Shown: positions 18,862 to 29,384 of the stretch, piece after piece
Layout: each line of letters opens with the position of its first letter
Position numbering within the stretch: the first letter of the stretch is position 1
DNA from: Syntrophomonadaceae bacterium
Lineage (GTDB): Bacteria > Bacillota > Syntrophomonadia > Syntrophomonadales > DTU052
Direction of reading: 5' to 3'
Assembly: GCA_012728655.1 (NCBI GenBank)
Contig: JAAYEQ010000026.1
Coordinates: 28,392 to 92,391, forward strand
DNA length: 64,000 bases
Translations under genes and position numbers: made by a program
Notes under the pieces: model-generated
What the model was told of the DNA's origin: nothing
Seen by the model: only the letters and a program-made list of their open reading frames with translations
Database searches by the model: none

Positions 18862-19038
18862 GCGGCGGTATATCCCGCTTCTCCTGATGTGGGACCGGCG
18901 GAAAAAAACGGCGGCAGCCGCGCATGACCGCGGTAGGCCGCCGTTACTGGTCTCTGTGGTTTGGCTCCTCTAAGCGGTTGCCGGGTGGTACCCGAAACCG
19001 GCGGCTGAAGGGATTTATGACCATAAATGATCTATGGA

Positions 19039-19614
19039 TTAATAGAAAACCCTCTTGCTGTTGTAATAATCATAGAGGTGCTGCAGGGTCTCACCAAACC
19101 TTTGATAATGCACGATTTCCCTTTCCCGCAGCCATCTTAAGGTTTCGGTGACACCGGGATCATCCGACAGGTTGATCAGGTATTCGTAAGTGGAACGGGC
19201 TTTTTGCTCCGCGGCCATGTTCTCGTGCAGGTCGGTTATGGGATCCCCTTTTGATTGTATATAGGCGGCAACCCAGGGCACACCGTCACCGTTGACGAAG
19301 TATAAGGCCTTGTCGTGGTCGGCATAGTAGCCCTCCATGCCGGCGGCCTTAATCTGTTCGATGGAGGCATCCTTAATGAGATTGTAGACCAGGGTGGCAA
19401 CTATTTCCATGTGGGCCAGTTCCTCAGTGCCGATATCGTTGAGGACAGCTTTTGACCTCCCGGTGGGCATGGTGTACCTCTGGGTAAGATAGCGGAGCGA
19501 GGCGGCCAGTTCTCCATCCGGCCCGCCGTACTGGGTAATAATTACCTTGGCCAGCTTGGGGTTGGTTGTGCAGATTTTCGCCGGGTATTCAAGTTTTTTT
19601 TCGTAGATCCACAT
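19039..19614 (-). CDS. cotJC: spore coat protein CotJC (manganese catalase family)
   Basis: Start moved to ATG 19614 (SD GAGGAGG). MWIYEKKLEYP...QYGGPDGELAASLRYLTQRY...GTEELAHMEIV is typical of CotJC. Confidence 0.9.
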   Translation of the reverse strand: MWIYEKKLEYPAKICTTNPKLAKVIITQYGGPDGELAASLRYLTQRYTMPTGRSKAVLNDIGTEELAHMEIVATLVYNLIKDASIEQIKAAGMEGYYADHDKALYFVNGDGVPWVAAYIQSKGDPITDLHENMAAEQKARSTYEYLINLSDDPGVTETLRWLREREIVHYQRFGETLQHLYDYYNSKRVFY

Positions 19615-19631
19615 AGGAATTCCTCCTCTTC

Positions 19632-19892
19632 CTAGGCGAAGTTGATCTCCCATGGCCAGGGCTCGTCTATCCACTGCCATGGATATTCACTGCTGGAGAA
19701 GCCGAAATTGAGGAGCGGGCCGTATCGCTTTTCGTACTGTGCTTTCAGATCGTTGAGCCTTTCGACGGTCTCGTTGAAGTCATTCAGGGCTTTCCGGTCT
19801 TCGGGGTGGGTGTCTAGATAGAGGTTTAACTCGATCGCCGTGAATTCTTCAGCCATTAGGTTCATCAACATGGTCTTCCGGTCATTATCCAT
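19632..19892 (-). CDS. cotJB: spore coat protein CotJB
   Basis: Start moved to ATG 19892. FTAIELNLYLDTHPED...YEKRYGPL...PWQWIDEPWPWE is typical of CotJB. Confidence 0.85.
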   Translation of the reverse strand: MDNDRKTMLMNLMAEEFTAIELNLYLDTHPEDRKALNDFNETVERLNDLKAQYEKRYGPLLNFGFSSSEYPWQWIDEPWPWEINFA

Positions 19893-20124
19893 TCCATCCA
19901 CCCCTTCCGCGAAAACGCCACGAATCCTGTTCACGTTCCCGTCTGACCTGAGGGGAGCGCTCTCTTTTCTCATGTTTTTCATACGGCATATACAGCTCGG
20001 GGAATATGGTTCCTTTCTGGAGGCCTTCCATGGGAGAGAAGCGTTTGGTGTATTCCTGCATTTTGATAAATGCCCGAGCCAGTTCAGGTTCGCTTTGTCC
20101 TCTCAAATTAATAACCCCTTTCAC
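19885..20124 (-). CDS. cotJA: spore coat-associated protein CotJA
   Basis: Small ORF overlapping the cotJB start by 8 nt. FSPMEGLQKGTIFPELYMPY matches the CotJA core. Exact start uncertain: GTG 20124 or the internal TTG. Confidence 0.7.
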   Translation of the reverse strand: MKGVINLRGQSEPELARAFIKMQEYTKRFSPMEGLQKGTIFPELYMPYEKHEKRERSPQVRREREQDSWRFRGRGGWNG

Positions 20125-20422
20125 AGATAATTCTGCTCCATAGTATGTAAAACAAGGATCGGATTGTTACTTTACAAGGGGCACTTTCAACAATTCGGGT
20201 GACGGATTGATCACAAGGGTGATGCTGTTGTAAAGCTGCGGATATCCGAAACCCAGGACCCGGGACAATGAGAGCCATGACACCCGGAACTGAAGCGGCA
20301 GGAGGTACTTGGATGGGCACTTAAGGAAGGAAATCCGTCGCCGGAATGTCGGAAGTGGGGGCAACCAACAGTGTCGGTAGTCCCAACCGGGCCTGTTGGC
20401 TGCTCCCCTCGTGTGGAAGTCC

Positions 20423-20863
20423 TCATGCCAACACCGGAGCTGTTGATTCAAAGGTCTCGATCAGGTTTCTCACCTGATCAGGAATAGGTACGCTCCGCTT
20501 GGTGGTCATGTCGTAACCGACATAGATGCTTTCCGCCAGAACAATCGGCTCGGTTTCCCCTTCCTTCCTGATCATGAAGTTGGTTACGAAACTGGAGTTT
20601 CCGAGTTTGGAGACCTTGACATAAATATTCAGTATGTCGTCAAAGAATCCGGAACCCTTAAATTCAAGGGTGGTTTTGACGAGGGCGAAGTCGAACACCG
20701 GTTTTTCACCAGGAGTACCAAAGCTCAAGCCCAGATTGCGAAAATACTCGGTGATTCCTACATCAAGATAGGTTAAATAATGGCTGTTAAAGACGATCAT
20801 CTGCCCGTCTATCTCAGCATAACGGACTCTGATGGAATGACAAAAGCGAAAACCTTGTGACAT
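20423..20863 (-). CDS. acyl-CoA thioesterase (4HBT/YbgC hotdog family)
   Basis: FCHSIRVRYAEIDGQMIVFNSHYLTYLDVGITEYFRNLG is the YbgC-type motif. Start taken at ATG 20863. Confidence 0.75.
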   Translation of the reverse strand: MSQGFRFCHSIRVRYAEIDGQMIVFNSHYLTYLDVGITEYFRNLGLSFGTPGEKPVFDFALVKTTLEFKGSGFFDDILNIYVKVSKLGNSSFVTNFMIRKEGETEPIVLAESIYVGYDMTTKRSVPIPDQVRNLIETFESTAPVLA

Positions 20864-21059
20864 ATTCAGTCCCTGGTTTCCCGGGTACAAGCAGGCGTTC
20901 TATAGACATTCGAACCGCCAAATCCAAAGTGACCGCCAGGAAGACACCGGCACAGCCGGGGGAATATATATTTTGGTTCATCCCTCAGCAGGACTCGCAG
21001 ACGGCGGTCAACTAAATGTCGGAAAACGCAGGAGTCCTCCTTCCTCGGCAAATTTTCGT

Positions 21060-21872
21060 TTATGAAAAGCTGTATTCCCGACGGTCTCTTTTCTGCACCC
21101 GTTCACATTTGGAACAGAATACCGATTCCTGGCGCATCGCCTCCGAAAGCGGTTTCCCGCATCGAAGGCAACGGCCTTCGGCCAGACGACGCTGTCCTTC
21201 AAGAAGGCTCTGCTGGTGTTTGAATGTCCAGGAAATTATCTGGTCTCTCACTGCTTCCGAAATGTCTTTGAACATTATCCCGGCATACATTTGGTCATCG
21301 TTCGCTTGCTTTTCGACCCGCACCACCTGGCATTTCAGAGCCCAGCGGCGTCGTGGTTCCAGCTCCAGAAAGAGTTCCAGTTCATCTCCCACCTGCAACT
21401 GATGTGGAGTGGCGATTTTGCATCCGCCCCCGCTGATATCCAGGATTACTCCCCTCAGCTTGGCCTTTGGGGTGTGGGTTGACCCGGATCCCGTATCCTC
21501 GGCCGATTCACGGGAGATGACGAAATAGCAATCGAGAGATGATTGGACCCTGGCCCAGGCCCTTCTCTGTACCGGCTTGTCGCCGTTGTCATCGGTTTTA
21601 TTCCCAGCGGGGGAAATGGATTCCTCAATGCCGGCGTCCCGGCGAGTCCGGATTATCTCTCGAACCAGCAGCGCTACCAGCACCAAAGCCAGGGCTACAA
21701 ACAGGTAAGCGAATAGAGGGTTTCTCGAATACAAGTAATTGCGAAACGCTTCGGTGAACTCGCTGTATTCCCAGGTTGCTCCAAATACCAGCGGAAAAGC
21801 AGCCGCTTCTGCCCGATAAAACAGGCTGCTTGCTGCAACGAACAGCAGGCTGAATACCAGTAGTCCTAGCAC
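21060..21872 (-). CDS. membrane-anchored PilZ domain protein with C-terminal zinc ribbon
   Basis: Two N-terminal TM segments. PilZ-like RGVILDISGGGCKIATP... C-terminal CLRCGKP...CSKCE. GTG start without a clear SD. Confidence 0.6.
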   Translation of the reverse strand: MLGLLVFSLLFVAASSLFYRAEAAAFPLVFGATWEYSEFTEAFRNYLYSRNPLFAYLFVALALVLVALLVREIIRTRRDAGIEESISPAGNKTDDNGDKPVQRRAWARVQSSLDCYFVISRESAEDTGSGSTHTPKAKLRGVILDISGGGCKIATPHQLQVGDELELFLELEPRRRWALKCQVVRVEKQANDDQMYAGIMFKDISEAVRDQIISWTFKHQQSLLEGQRRLAEGRCLRCGKPLSEAMRQESVFCSKCERVQKRDRREYSFS

Positions 21873-22267
21873 TCGATATGGATTCTTTATAATGATCGCA
21901 GGCCTCCCATCGTCTTACCAGTTTATCCAAAAGATAATATAACATCCTATTAACATGCTAGACTGGAATCCTGAAATATTCAAGCATTGATTAAGAAGGA
22001 GAACAGATTAATGAAACAGGAAATTACGTATACAAAAATTATGGGCTTTGATAAGATCAGTTTAGGGTAAATAAGGGTGCTGTAAAGAGGTATAAATACG
22101 CGAGGTTTCCGGTTGGGGGGAATTAATTCCAGGTCGGGCCAACGGGTAGCAAATACTATAAGAAAGGCAGGTGCAAAAACTGCGTTTCCGGCGGCTTGCC
22201 CAATCGTGCAGGATGCCTGTTCCAGAATTGGGAATGCAGGCCGGGCCGGGGAAACCAGTTAAGGGCG

Positions 22268-23239
22268 ATGAAAACCAGAATGACAGAACTATTTGGCATC
22301 AAGTATCCCATTATGTGCGGAGGGATGATGTGGCTGGCAAAGCCGGAGCTGTGCGCGGCGATATCAAATGCCGGGGGATTGGGCAATTTAACTGCCGGCA
22401 ACTATAATTCCGGCGAAGAACTGCGTGCAGCCATCAGAAGGACCAGGGAACTGACCGATAAGCCATTTTGTGTTAACATCACCATGCTGCCTTCGTTCCG
22501 CATAACCCCGGAAATGTATGACGAGTGGTTCAAGGTTTGCTGTGAAGAGAAGGTGGCCGCGATTGAGGTTTCAGGAGCCCCCGCCAAGAAGTATATGCCG
22601 ATGGTACACGAAGCCGGGGTCAAGATCATGCACAAGGTGGGAGCGGTGCGCCATGCCCTCAATATTGAGAAGTTGGGATACGACGCGGTCCTGGCGGCCG
22701 GAATTGAGGAAGGGGGGCATCCTCTTAACGATGACGTTACCACCATGGTGCTTACACCCCGGATTGCGGAGTCGGTGGAAATCCCGGTGATAGCCACCGG
22801 CGGCATCGCCGATGGCAGGGGACTGGCGGCCGCCCTGGCCTTGGGCGCCGAAGGCGTGATGATGGCCACCCGCTTCATAGCTACGGTTGAGTGCCAGGCA
22901 CACCCGCAGATCAAGGAAGAATTAATCCGGCGTCAGGAGATGGATACCACCCTGATCTGCAAGAGCATCGGCCTGCAGGGACGGGCATTAAAGAATGACC
23001 TGGTGTCACAGATCCTGGAGGTGGAAGCAAGGGGCGGCGGTCTGGATGAATTGATGCCTCTGCTCACCGGCAAGCGCTCCGAGGCGGCCTGGGAAAACGG
23101 AGATGTAAACAGTGCCGCTCTCATGGTCGGGCAGTCAATCGGGCTCATCAAGAACGTCATGACCTGTAAGGAGCTCTTGGACAGCATGGTGCAGGAAGCC
23201 GAGGAGATTTTAAGGAAGAACCTCGCCCGCTGGCAATAA
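22268..23239 (+). CDS. NAD(P)H-dependent flavin oxidoreductase (nitronate monooxygenase/FabK family)
   Basis: Start moved to ATG 22268. ELFGIKYPIMCGGMMWLAKPELCAAISNAGGLG and IPVIATGGIADGRG are NMO/FabK motifs. Confidence 0.8.
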   Translation: MKTRMTELFGIKYPIMCGGMMWLAKPELCAAISNAGGLGNLTAGNYNSGEELRAAIRRTRELTDKPFCVNITMLPSFRITPEMYDEWFKVCCEEKVAAIEVSGAPAKKYMPMVHEAGVKIMHKVGAVRHALNIEKLGYDAVLAAGIEEGGHPLNDDVTTMVLTPRIAESVEIPVIATGGIADGRGLAAALALGAEGVMMATRFIATVECQAHPQIKEELIRRQEMDTTLICKSIGLQGRALKNDLVSQILEVEARGGGLDELMPLLTGKRSEAAWENGDVNSAALMVGQSIGLIKNVMTCKELLDSMVQEAEEILRKNLARWQ

Positions 23240-23361
23240 CGCGGACGCCAACGTTATGGAACCTGGGGCGGGGCACAGGGTGATGCACAATTGCGCCGAG
23301 ACAGCAAAACGGGGGCCGCTTGGCCCCCAAAAATATTGGGTAATATGATGGATGGCTGCAT

Positions 23362-25386
23362 TCATATCGCCAGTTTGTCCGGTTCGATGCAGGTTTCTTC
23401 GTAATGGGAAAACTCCATGTTGAAACCGGCCCGTCCCTGGGTAATGGAACGTATGGAGGTCGAGTATCCAAAGAGTTCCGCTAAGGGGGCAAAGCCTCTG
23501 ATTACCTGGGTATTGTAACTGGTGTCAATGGAATCCAGACGACCCCGTTTGCTGTTAAGGTTGTTGATTATGCCTCCGGTAAACTCGTCCGGTGCCGTGA
23601 TCTCAATCTTCATAATCGGCTCCAAGAGCTTCGGTGCCGCTTTGGACAGGGCGTTCTTAACCGCCAGGAATCCGGCCATCTTGAAGGCTATTTCCGAGGA
23701 GTCAACCTCGTGAAACGATCCATCCAGGACCGTAACCTTTACGTTGACCACCGGGAAACCTTTAACCGGGCCTTCAGCCAGACCCTCCAGTATTCCCGCT
23801 TCAATGGCGGCGAAATACTCCCGGGGGATAACCCCGCCGGTGATCTTGAATTCGATGTTGGTTTCCTCCGCCGGCTCCACCCGGAGTTTGACATGCCCGT
23901 ACTGTCCATGACCGCCGGTCTGCTTCACATAACGTCCTTCGCCCTCGGCGGTTCGGGAAATGGTTTCCTTGTATGCCACCTGCGGTCTTCCTAAACGGGC
24001 CTCCACCTTGAATTCCCTCCGCAGGCGCTCGGCGATGATTTCCAGATGCAGTTCGCCCATCCCGGAGATCAGGGTCTGCCCGGTTTCCCGGTTTACTGTG
24101 GCCGTGAAGGTGGGATCCTCTGCCGAGAGCTTGGCCAGGGCTTCCGCCACCCGCACCTGATCCGCACGGTTTTTGGGCTCAATGGCAATGGTGATTACCG
24201 GTTCCGGAAAGTCGATTTCCTCAAGCATGACCGGCCTGGCTTCCGATGCCAGGGTATCACCGGTGCAGACGTTTTTGAGCCCGATTACGGCGGCAATATC
24301 TCCCGCTTTTATTTCCGGAATTTCCTGGCGATGGTTGGCATGCATTCGCAGGAGTCGTCCCACGTGCTCCCGACGTCCCCGGTTGACATGATAGACGTAA
24401 CTGCCGGCCGACAGCTTTCCGGAATATACCCTTATAAAAGCGAGCCGGCCCACATGACGATCCGACACTATTTTGAATACCAGGGCGGCGAACTCATCAT
24501 TTTCATCCGGTTTGATTACCACCGGTTCACCGCTGCCGTGCAGTCTGGCCTTAATCTCGCCGATATCACGGGGAGAAGGCAGAAAGTCCACAATTGCGTC
24601 CAGAAGCGGCTGTACCCCGATGTTGCGGTAGGCACTGCCGCACAGTACCGGAACCAGCCTGCCGGATATGGTCAGCCGGCGCAGGGCTGCGGTTATAATG
24701 CTAGCCGGGATCGGCCGGTTTTCCACATACAGTTCAAGAACTTCTTCGTCATTCTCGGCCAGGGTTTCGACCAACTCACGACGACAGTCGGCGAACTCTT
24801 CCCGATATGCGGACGGGATCGGGTTTGCCTTCATCTCAAACCCAGGTTTTTCACCGAAGGTCAGATATCTCTCATTTATAACATCGATTACACCGGACAT
24901 CCCATGTTCTTCTATGACCGGAATAGTTATGAGTACGGGTTTGGCACCCAATCTGGTTCTGATCTGTTCCACCACCCCGCGGTGGTCGGCTCCAACCGCA
25001 TCCATTTTGTTGATGAAGGCTATCCGCGGTACCCGATACTTGTCGGCCTGTCTCCATACGGTTTCGGACTGGGGTTCAACCCCTCCCTTGCCGCAGAAAA
25101 TGACTACCGCACCGTCGAGGACTCTGAGGCTCCTCTCGACCTCGGCCGTAAAGTCCACATGGCCGGGGGTATCGACAATATTAATGTTCACGCCCTTCCA
25201 GTTACAACTGGTAGCGGCGGAGGTTATCGTAATACCCCGTTCCCTTTCATAAGGAAGGTAGTCCATGACGCTCTCGCCATCATGAGTTTCTCCAATCTTG
25301 TAGGTTCTGCCGGTAAAATAAAGGATACGTTCGGTAGTGGTTGTTTTGCCGGCATCGATATGGGCGATTATCCCTATGTTCCTCAC
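23362..25386 (-). CDS. elongation factor G paralog (EF-G2-like translational GTPase)
   Basis: GTG start with SD AAAGGTGAGG. G motifs [21 protein letters not shown]. 674 aa. Not located in the str operon context. Confidence 0.85.
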   Translation of the reverse strand: MRNIGIIAHIDAGKTTTTERILYFTGRTYKIGETHDGESVMDYLPYERERGITITSAATSCNWKGVNINIVDTPGHVDFTAEVERSLRVLDGAVVIFCGKGGVEPQSETVWRQADKYRVPRIAFINKMDAVGADHRGVVEQIRTRLGAKPVLITIPVIEEHGMSGVIDVINERYLTFGEKPGFEMKANPIPSAYREEFADCRRELVETLAENDEEVLELYVENRPIPASIITAALRRLTISGRLVPVLCGSAYRNIGVQPLLDAIVDFLPSPRDIGEIKARLHGSGEPVVIKPDENDEFAALVFKIVSDRHVGRLAFIRVYSGKLSAGSYVYHVNRGRREHVGRLLRMHANHRQEIPEIKAGDIAAVIGLKNVCTGDTLASEARPVMLEEIDFPEPVITIAIEPKNRADQVRVAEALAKLSAEDPTFTATVNRETGQTLISGMGELHLEIIAERLRREFKVEARLGRPQVAYKETISRTAEGEGRYVKQTGGHGQYGHVKLRVEPAEETNIEFKITGGVIPREYFAAIEAGILEGLAEGPVKGFPVVNVKVTVLDGSFHEVDSSEIAFKMAGFLAVKNALSKAAPKLLEPIMKIEITAPDEFTGGIINNLNSKRGRLDSIDTSYNTQVIRGFAPLAELFGYSTSIRSITQGRAGFNMEFSHYEETCIEPDKLAI

Positions 25387-25712
25387 CTTGCAACCTCACC
25401 TTTTAATAATCTCAAAAAAGCACCCAAATCCCTATGTTACACCCTCGGCGAAATGTTGTCAAATGAAACCGGAGGAAAATGTAAATGACGCGATCGGAAA
25501 TGGGCCCATGGCGGTGAGGGGGTGGCGTTGCAACCCAACGGGCATATGCGGTGAGAAGGTGGTGCCGCCTTGACAGGCGGTGTTATTGATGGAGTGGGGT
25601 AGTCATCGAAGCCGGTGCCTGGGTTTGTGGGAGGTACCGGCTCCGTTTAAGAAGGTTGGACGGGATCGACCTGGGAAGCTTAATGCTTTTCGGCGGTGGT
25701 AGTCTCCCCGGC

Positions 25713-26909
25713 TTAAGTTTCAACCCGTTTTTCTGCCTGCCAGCGTTTGTATATCATCTCCATCAGCTCCTCCGGGTTATCATAAGGGGGAAGCTCGGTG
25801 GTCGCTGCCGCTTCGGAGCTGAGATAATAGACCGTGGCCATGATGTTGCGCTCCAACCGTTCCTGGCTCTCCTTGAGCTCCTCCAGCTTGAGCTCCTGTT
25901 CATACAGATTCATGCACTCCTGTATGCTGAAGGCGCGCCCGGTTTCGAGGTAGTAATAAAAACGGGTCAGGGGAACAATACTCTGGTACTGGGGATGGAT
26001 GTCCAGGCTGTTCAGGACCTCGTTGTAGATTTTTATAATCCGGTTGCCCTTCTTAATCTTCAGCTTGGCCTTTTTGATATCCTCGATGCTCCGGTTGATC
26101 AGATAATTCTTTTCGGATTCCCAGTCCCTGAGAGCATTCTTGTAGCGGTCACAGGCTTTTTCGTACTCGCGGTACTTAATGTAATAGACTTTCAGATCAT
26201 GGTTGTACTGCTGGCACGCGGCTTCGAAAGCAGCTCTGCTTTTGGGATTAAAAATGCTGCCCAGAAAGGATTGCTTCGGGACGGGTTTCTCCGGTTTATC
26301 CTCCGGTTTTTCCGGTTCGATGAGGGCTGCGTAGGGCGCGTTTAAAAACGCTTCTCTGATTTCGATCAGCCGCCGTTGGAACATGATCTGCCGGGAGATA
26401 TGCTCAATCTCCTCCAGGGCTGATATGGATACCTGCAGGTCATTCAGCAGTTCTTCACGCGATTTCCTTGATGCCGGCTTGCACTTCAGGGTCGCGTAGT
26501 GTTTGGCGATAAGGTCGTTTATAGCCGGGGTGGAGTTCAATTCCACCATCTCGGCAATATCCTGGGCAGTTATGCCTTCATGTTCAAAGCAGGTTTTATA
26601 AAAGAAGAAGCGAGTATTGGTTTTGATATAGTAAGCCGGCCCGACAAAATCCAGATTCCGGTTTTCTTCGAGGCTGTAAAGGGAATCTTCCATATCCAGC
26701 AGCTTATCGATAAAGAGCACCCATTTGGGTATGTTTTCGTTCAGGTTATCCGGATCGGCAAACTGGTCTTTCAGTTCCTGGTAGACGCTCAGGCTTATAT
26801 TAACGTAACTTTGCTGGAAGAATTCCAATACGATATCAGGAGGATATTCCATGAAGACGGAGATGTCGAGATTGTTATTCCCTTCTTTCCCGAAAAACGA
26901 TAAGAGCAA
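25713..26909 (-). CDS. hypothetical protein (398 aa, charged/coiled-coil-rich, lower GC than its neighbours)
   Basis: TTG start with SD AAGGGGGT 8 nt upstream. No TM segments and no recognisable catalytic motifs. KE-rich central segment (EPEKPEDKPEKPVPK). Confidence 0.6.
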   Translation of the reverse strand: MLLSFFGKEGNNNLDISVFMEYPPDIVLEFFQQSYVNISLSVYQELKDQFADPDNLNENIPKWVLFIDKLLDMEDSLYSLEENRNLDFVGPAYYIKTNTRFFFYKTCFEHEGITAQDIAEMVELNSTPAINDLIAKHYATLKCKPASRKSREELLNDLQVSISALEEIEHISRQIMFQRRLIEIREAFLNAPYAALIEPEKPEDKPEKPVPKQSFLGSIFNPKSRAAFEAACQQYNHDLKVYYIKYREYEKACDRYKNALRDWESEKNYLINRSIEDIKKAKLKIKKGNRIIKIYNEVLNSLDIHPQYQSIVPLTRFYYYLETGRAFSIQECMNLYEQELKLEELKESQERLERNIMATVYYLSSEAAATTELPPYDNPEELMEMIYKRWQAEKRVET

Positions 26910-27173
26910 TGAACCAAACCCCCTTGCCGGCCGCAGCCATAATTTAATCTATTTAATTCTATAAATTCCAATAAATACCTTCACAAAAGATCTCGTTTAA
27001 TTCCGGTAATTACCAGCAAAATGGTGAGGATTTCGCCGGGCTTCGTCTTGGGGGAGAGTTTGACTGCCGGATAATGTGGATACCGGATTGTGATTAGCAC
27101 AACCGCCGTTTATACTGCTGCCGGCCGGCGGGCCCGGATTATATCAGGCGCGGAACCAGGAGGGCGGGAAACA

Positions 27174-27860
27174 ATGCCGAATCTGCGTGTTGTAACTTAC
27201 AATATCAGGCACGGTCTGGGCCTGGACGACAGGGTTGACCTGGAACGGGTGGGACGGGTCATAAGTGAACTGGAAGCAGACCTGGTCGGACTGCAGGAGG
27301 TGGACCGGGGGTGGAGGCGCAGCGGAAATATGGACCAGGCCCGCTATCTGGCCGAGATTCTGGATATGAACCATGTATTTGCACCGGCCATCAGTCGGGG
27401 TACCGCCCAGTATGGCAATGCCATACTGAGCCGCTATCCCATTGTTTTCTGGGAGTATTTTCCCCTTGAAAGCAGATGGGAGCCCCGAGTGCTGGTGAGA
27501 GCGGTCATTGAAACGGGCGGAATCCGCCTCAACTTTTACACCACTCATCTGGGTTTGTGGAGGCGCGAGCGGATGCGCCACATAAATGATGTATTGCTCC
27601 CGGTTATAAGCAGGGAGCGTCGGGTTATACTCACCGGCGATTTTAACTGCGGGCCCGATTCCCCGGAAATGCGGAAACTCACCGGTGTACTCCGGGACGC
27701 CTCCCCTCCCGAGGGCCAGTTTACGTTCCCCAGTGCCGGCCCCACCAAGCGCATCGATTACGTATTGTATACCGGTGATTGGGACGCGGTGGAATCCCGG
27801 GTAGTTTCCGCTGAGGCTTCGGATCACAACCCGGTCTTGACCGATTTCAGTTGGACCTAG
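27174..27860 (+). CDS. endonuclease/exonuclease/phosphatase (EEP) family protein
   Basis: Start moved to ATG 27174 (SD AGGAGGG). LRVVTYNIRHG...DLVGLQEVD...SDHNPV are EEP motifs. Confidence 0.8.
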   Translation: MPNLRVVTYNIRHGLGLDDRVDLERVGRVISELEADLVGLQEVDRGWRRSGNMDQARYLAEILDMNHVFAPAISRGTAQYGNAILSRYPIVFWEYFPLESRWEPRVLVRAVIETGGIRLNFYTTHLGLWRRERMRHINDVLLPVISRERRVILTGDFNCGPDSPEMRKLTGVLRDASPPEGQFTFPSAGPTKRIDYVLYTGDWDAVESRVVSAEASDHNPVLTDFSWT

Positions 27861-28882
27861 GATGCCGCTGCTTGCAGACGGTGCTCGCGATACTCGTGCA
27901 GAACCTGGCAGGTGGCTTCGTCAACCACCCCGGTAACCGGCAGGTGGTTGAACGCCTGGAAGTACTTGACGGCCCAGGCGGTCATGGGACCAAAACGCCC
28001 GTCGCAGGAGATCGGAATTCCCATGGCTTTAAGGTACCACTGCAGGTAGACGATCTCCTGCCCTGACATACCCTCTTTCATCTCCTTTCCTGAAAGCAGG
28101 GGCAGGGAAGGCTGGCGGGTATCGATGATCTTTACCGGGGTGCCGATCTTGGTCAGGGGATAAACCTCTTCCACGCTGTCGTTGAACATGCGGATACAGC
28201 CGTGTGAAGCGTAAGAGCCGATAGAGTAGGGCTTGTTGGTGCCGTGGATCCCGTAAATCCCCCAGGGCACATTGAGACCCATCCAGCGGGTGCCAAAGCC
28301 CGACCCCCAGTTGGTGCTGCGGTGAACAATGCGCCAGTCGCCCAGAGGGGTGGGTGTTTCGGGTTTACCCACCGCCACCCGGTACTGCTTATGGAACCTC
28401 CCGCCGATGAGTACGGTGAGGGTGCGGGTTCCGCGATCAATCACGAGGCTGACTTCGGCTTCAGGGTCCACATCTTCGAGCCCTTCGTCACCCAGAGCCC
28501 GGTAGATCTCCTGCCACACTTCCTTTGTTACCTGACCGGTAGGCTCCAGCCCTCTTAAAGCCTGAAATATTTTGACGGCATCACTGGTTGCGGGCCCGAA
28601 GGTGCCGTCGACCGGACCGGGATTTAATCCCAGCCTCAAGAGCTGTTCCTGGAGGGCTATCACCAGCGGTCCCGTTTCCGGCGGGTCCTTAAGGGTCAGG
28701 GTGGGCAGGTCCGGAAAGCAGGTACAGACTACGGCTTCCCGGTCATCGAGCGTCTGTGAACTCACCGGGTTTGCGATGAGCAGAACCGACAGCAGACTCA
28801 GTATGAAAGCCATCATCAACTGTTTGCTGATCAGCATTAGCAGAGACAGCCCCTTTCTTTTGGTTTCATGGTGGTTGCCCAT
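27857..28882 (-). CDS. L,D-transpeptidase (YkuD) with two peptidoglycan-binding domains
   Basis: Catalytic motif IHGTNKPYSIGSYASHGCIRM. PG_binding_1-like repeats (DGTFGPATSDAVKIFQ, DGRFGPMTAWAVKYFQ). N-terminal signal/anchor. Confidence 0.85.
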   Translation of the reverse strand: MGNHHETKRKGLSLLMLISKQLMMAFILSLLSVLLIANPVSSQTLDDREAVVCTCFPDLPTLTLKDPPETGPLVIALQEQLLRLGLNPGPVDGTFGPATSDAVKIFQALRGLEPTGQVTKEVWQEIYRALGDEGLEDVDPEAEVSLVIDRGTRTLTVLIGGRFHKQYRVAVGKPETPTPLGDWRIVHRSTNWGSGFGTRWMGLNVPWGIYGIHGTNKPYSIGSYASHGCIRMFNDSVEEVYPLTKIGTPVKIIDTRQPSLPLLSGKEMKEGMSGQEIVYLQWYLKAMGIPISCDGRFGPMTAWAVKYFQAFNHLPVTGVVDEATCQVLHEYREHRLQAAAS

Positions 28883-29384
28883 ACCGGCGTCAGGCTCCCC
28901 ATTTCTTAATGGTCTCCTATTTTACTGCCGGCATAAGAGGAAATTGTGTCCAACCGGTGAGGGCGGGCACGCCCGTATTGCCCTCAGGGAACAAGCGCTC
29001 ATACGGCGACGATAGCGGTTTCTTCTGGGGTAAAGGAATTGGGGCACGTAATTGGGGTTGCGGGAGTACATCATGAGACCAGTTCAGGCGGGAAAAAGGA
29101 GTCTTGGAACCTCGTGGGCGGGGCTCCGGACCTGGTTTGGATGTACACCTTCATTTCACCGGAAATAACCGCCTGTACAGGGCGGGTTGCCGGAGGTGGT
29201 GCGGATGTACCCGGGTGGAAAGGATCTCCAGGAAAAAGGCTATAATACATATAAGGCCGGCTTTTAATTCCCGGCGGGTTGGCCGGGCAAAGCCGCCGGC
29301 CCGCTTTGGATGGACTCCCTTCATGCCGTTCGGTAGCCGGCTGCCGATCCGTTATCCTACAAAAAACATAAAGGAAGTGATACA

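Noticed and set aside
24046-25488. 480-aa plus-strand ORF
   Set aside because: It is antisense to the well-supported EF-G paralog, has no recognisable motifs, and shows the Gly/Arg/Pro-rich composition typical of GC-rich shadow ORFs.
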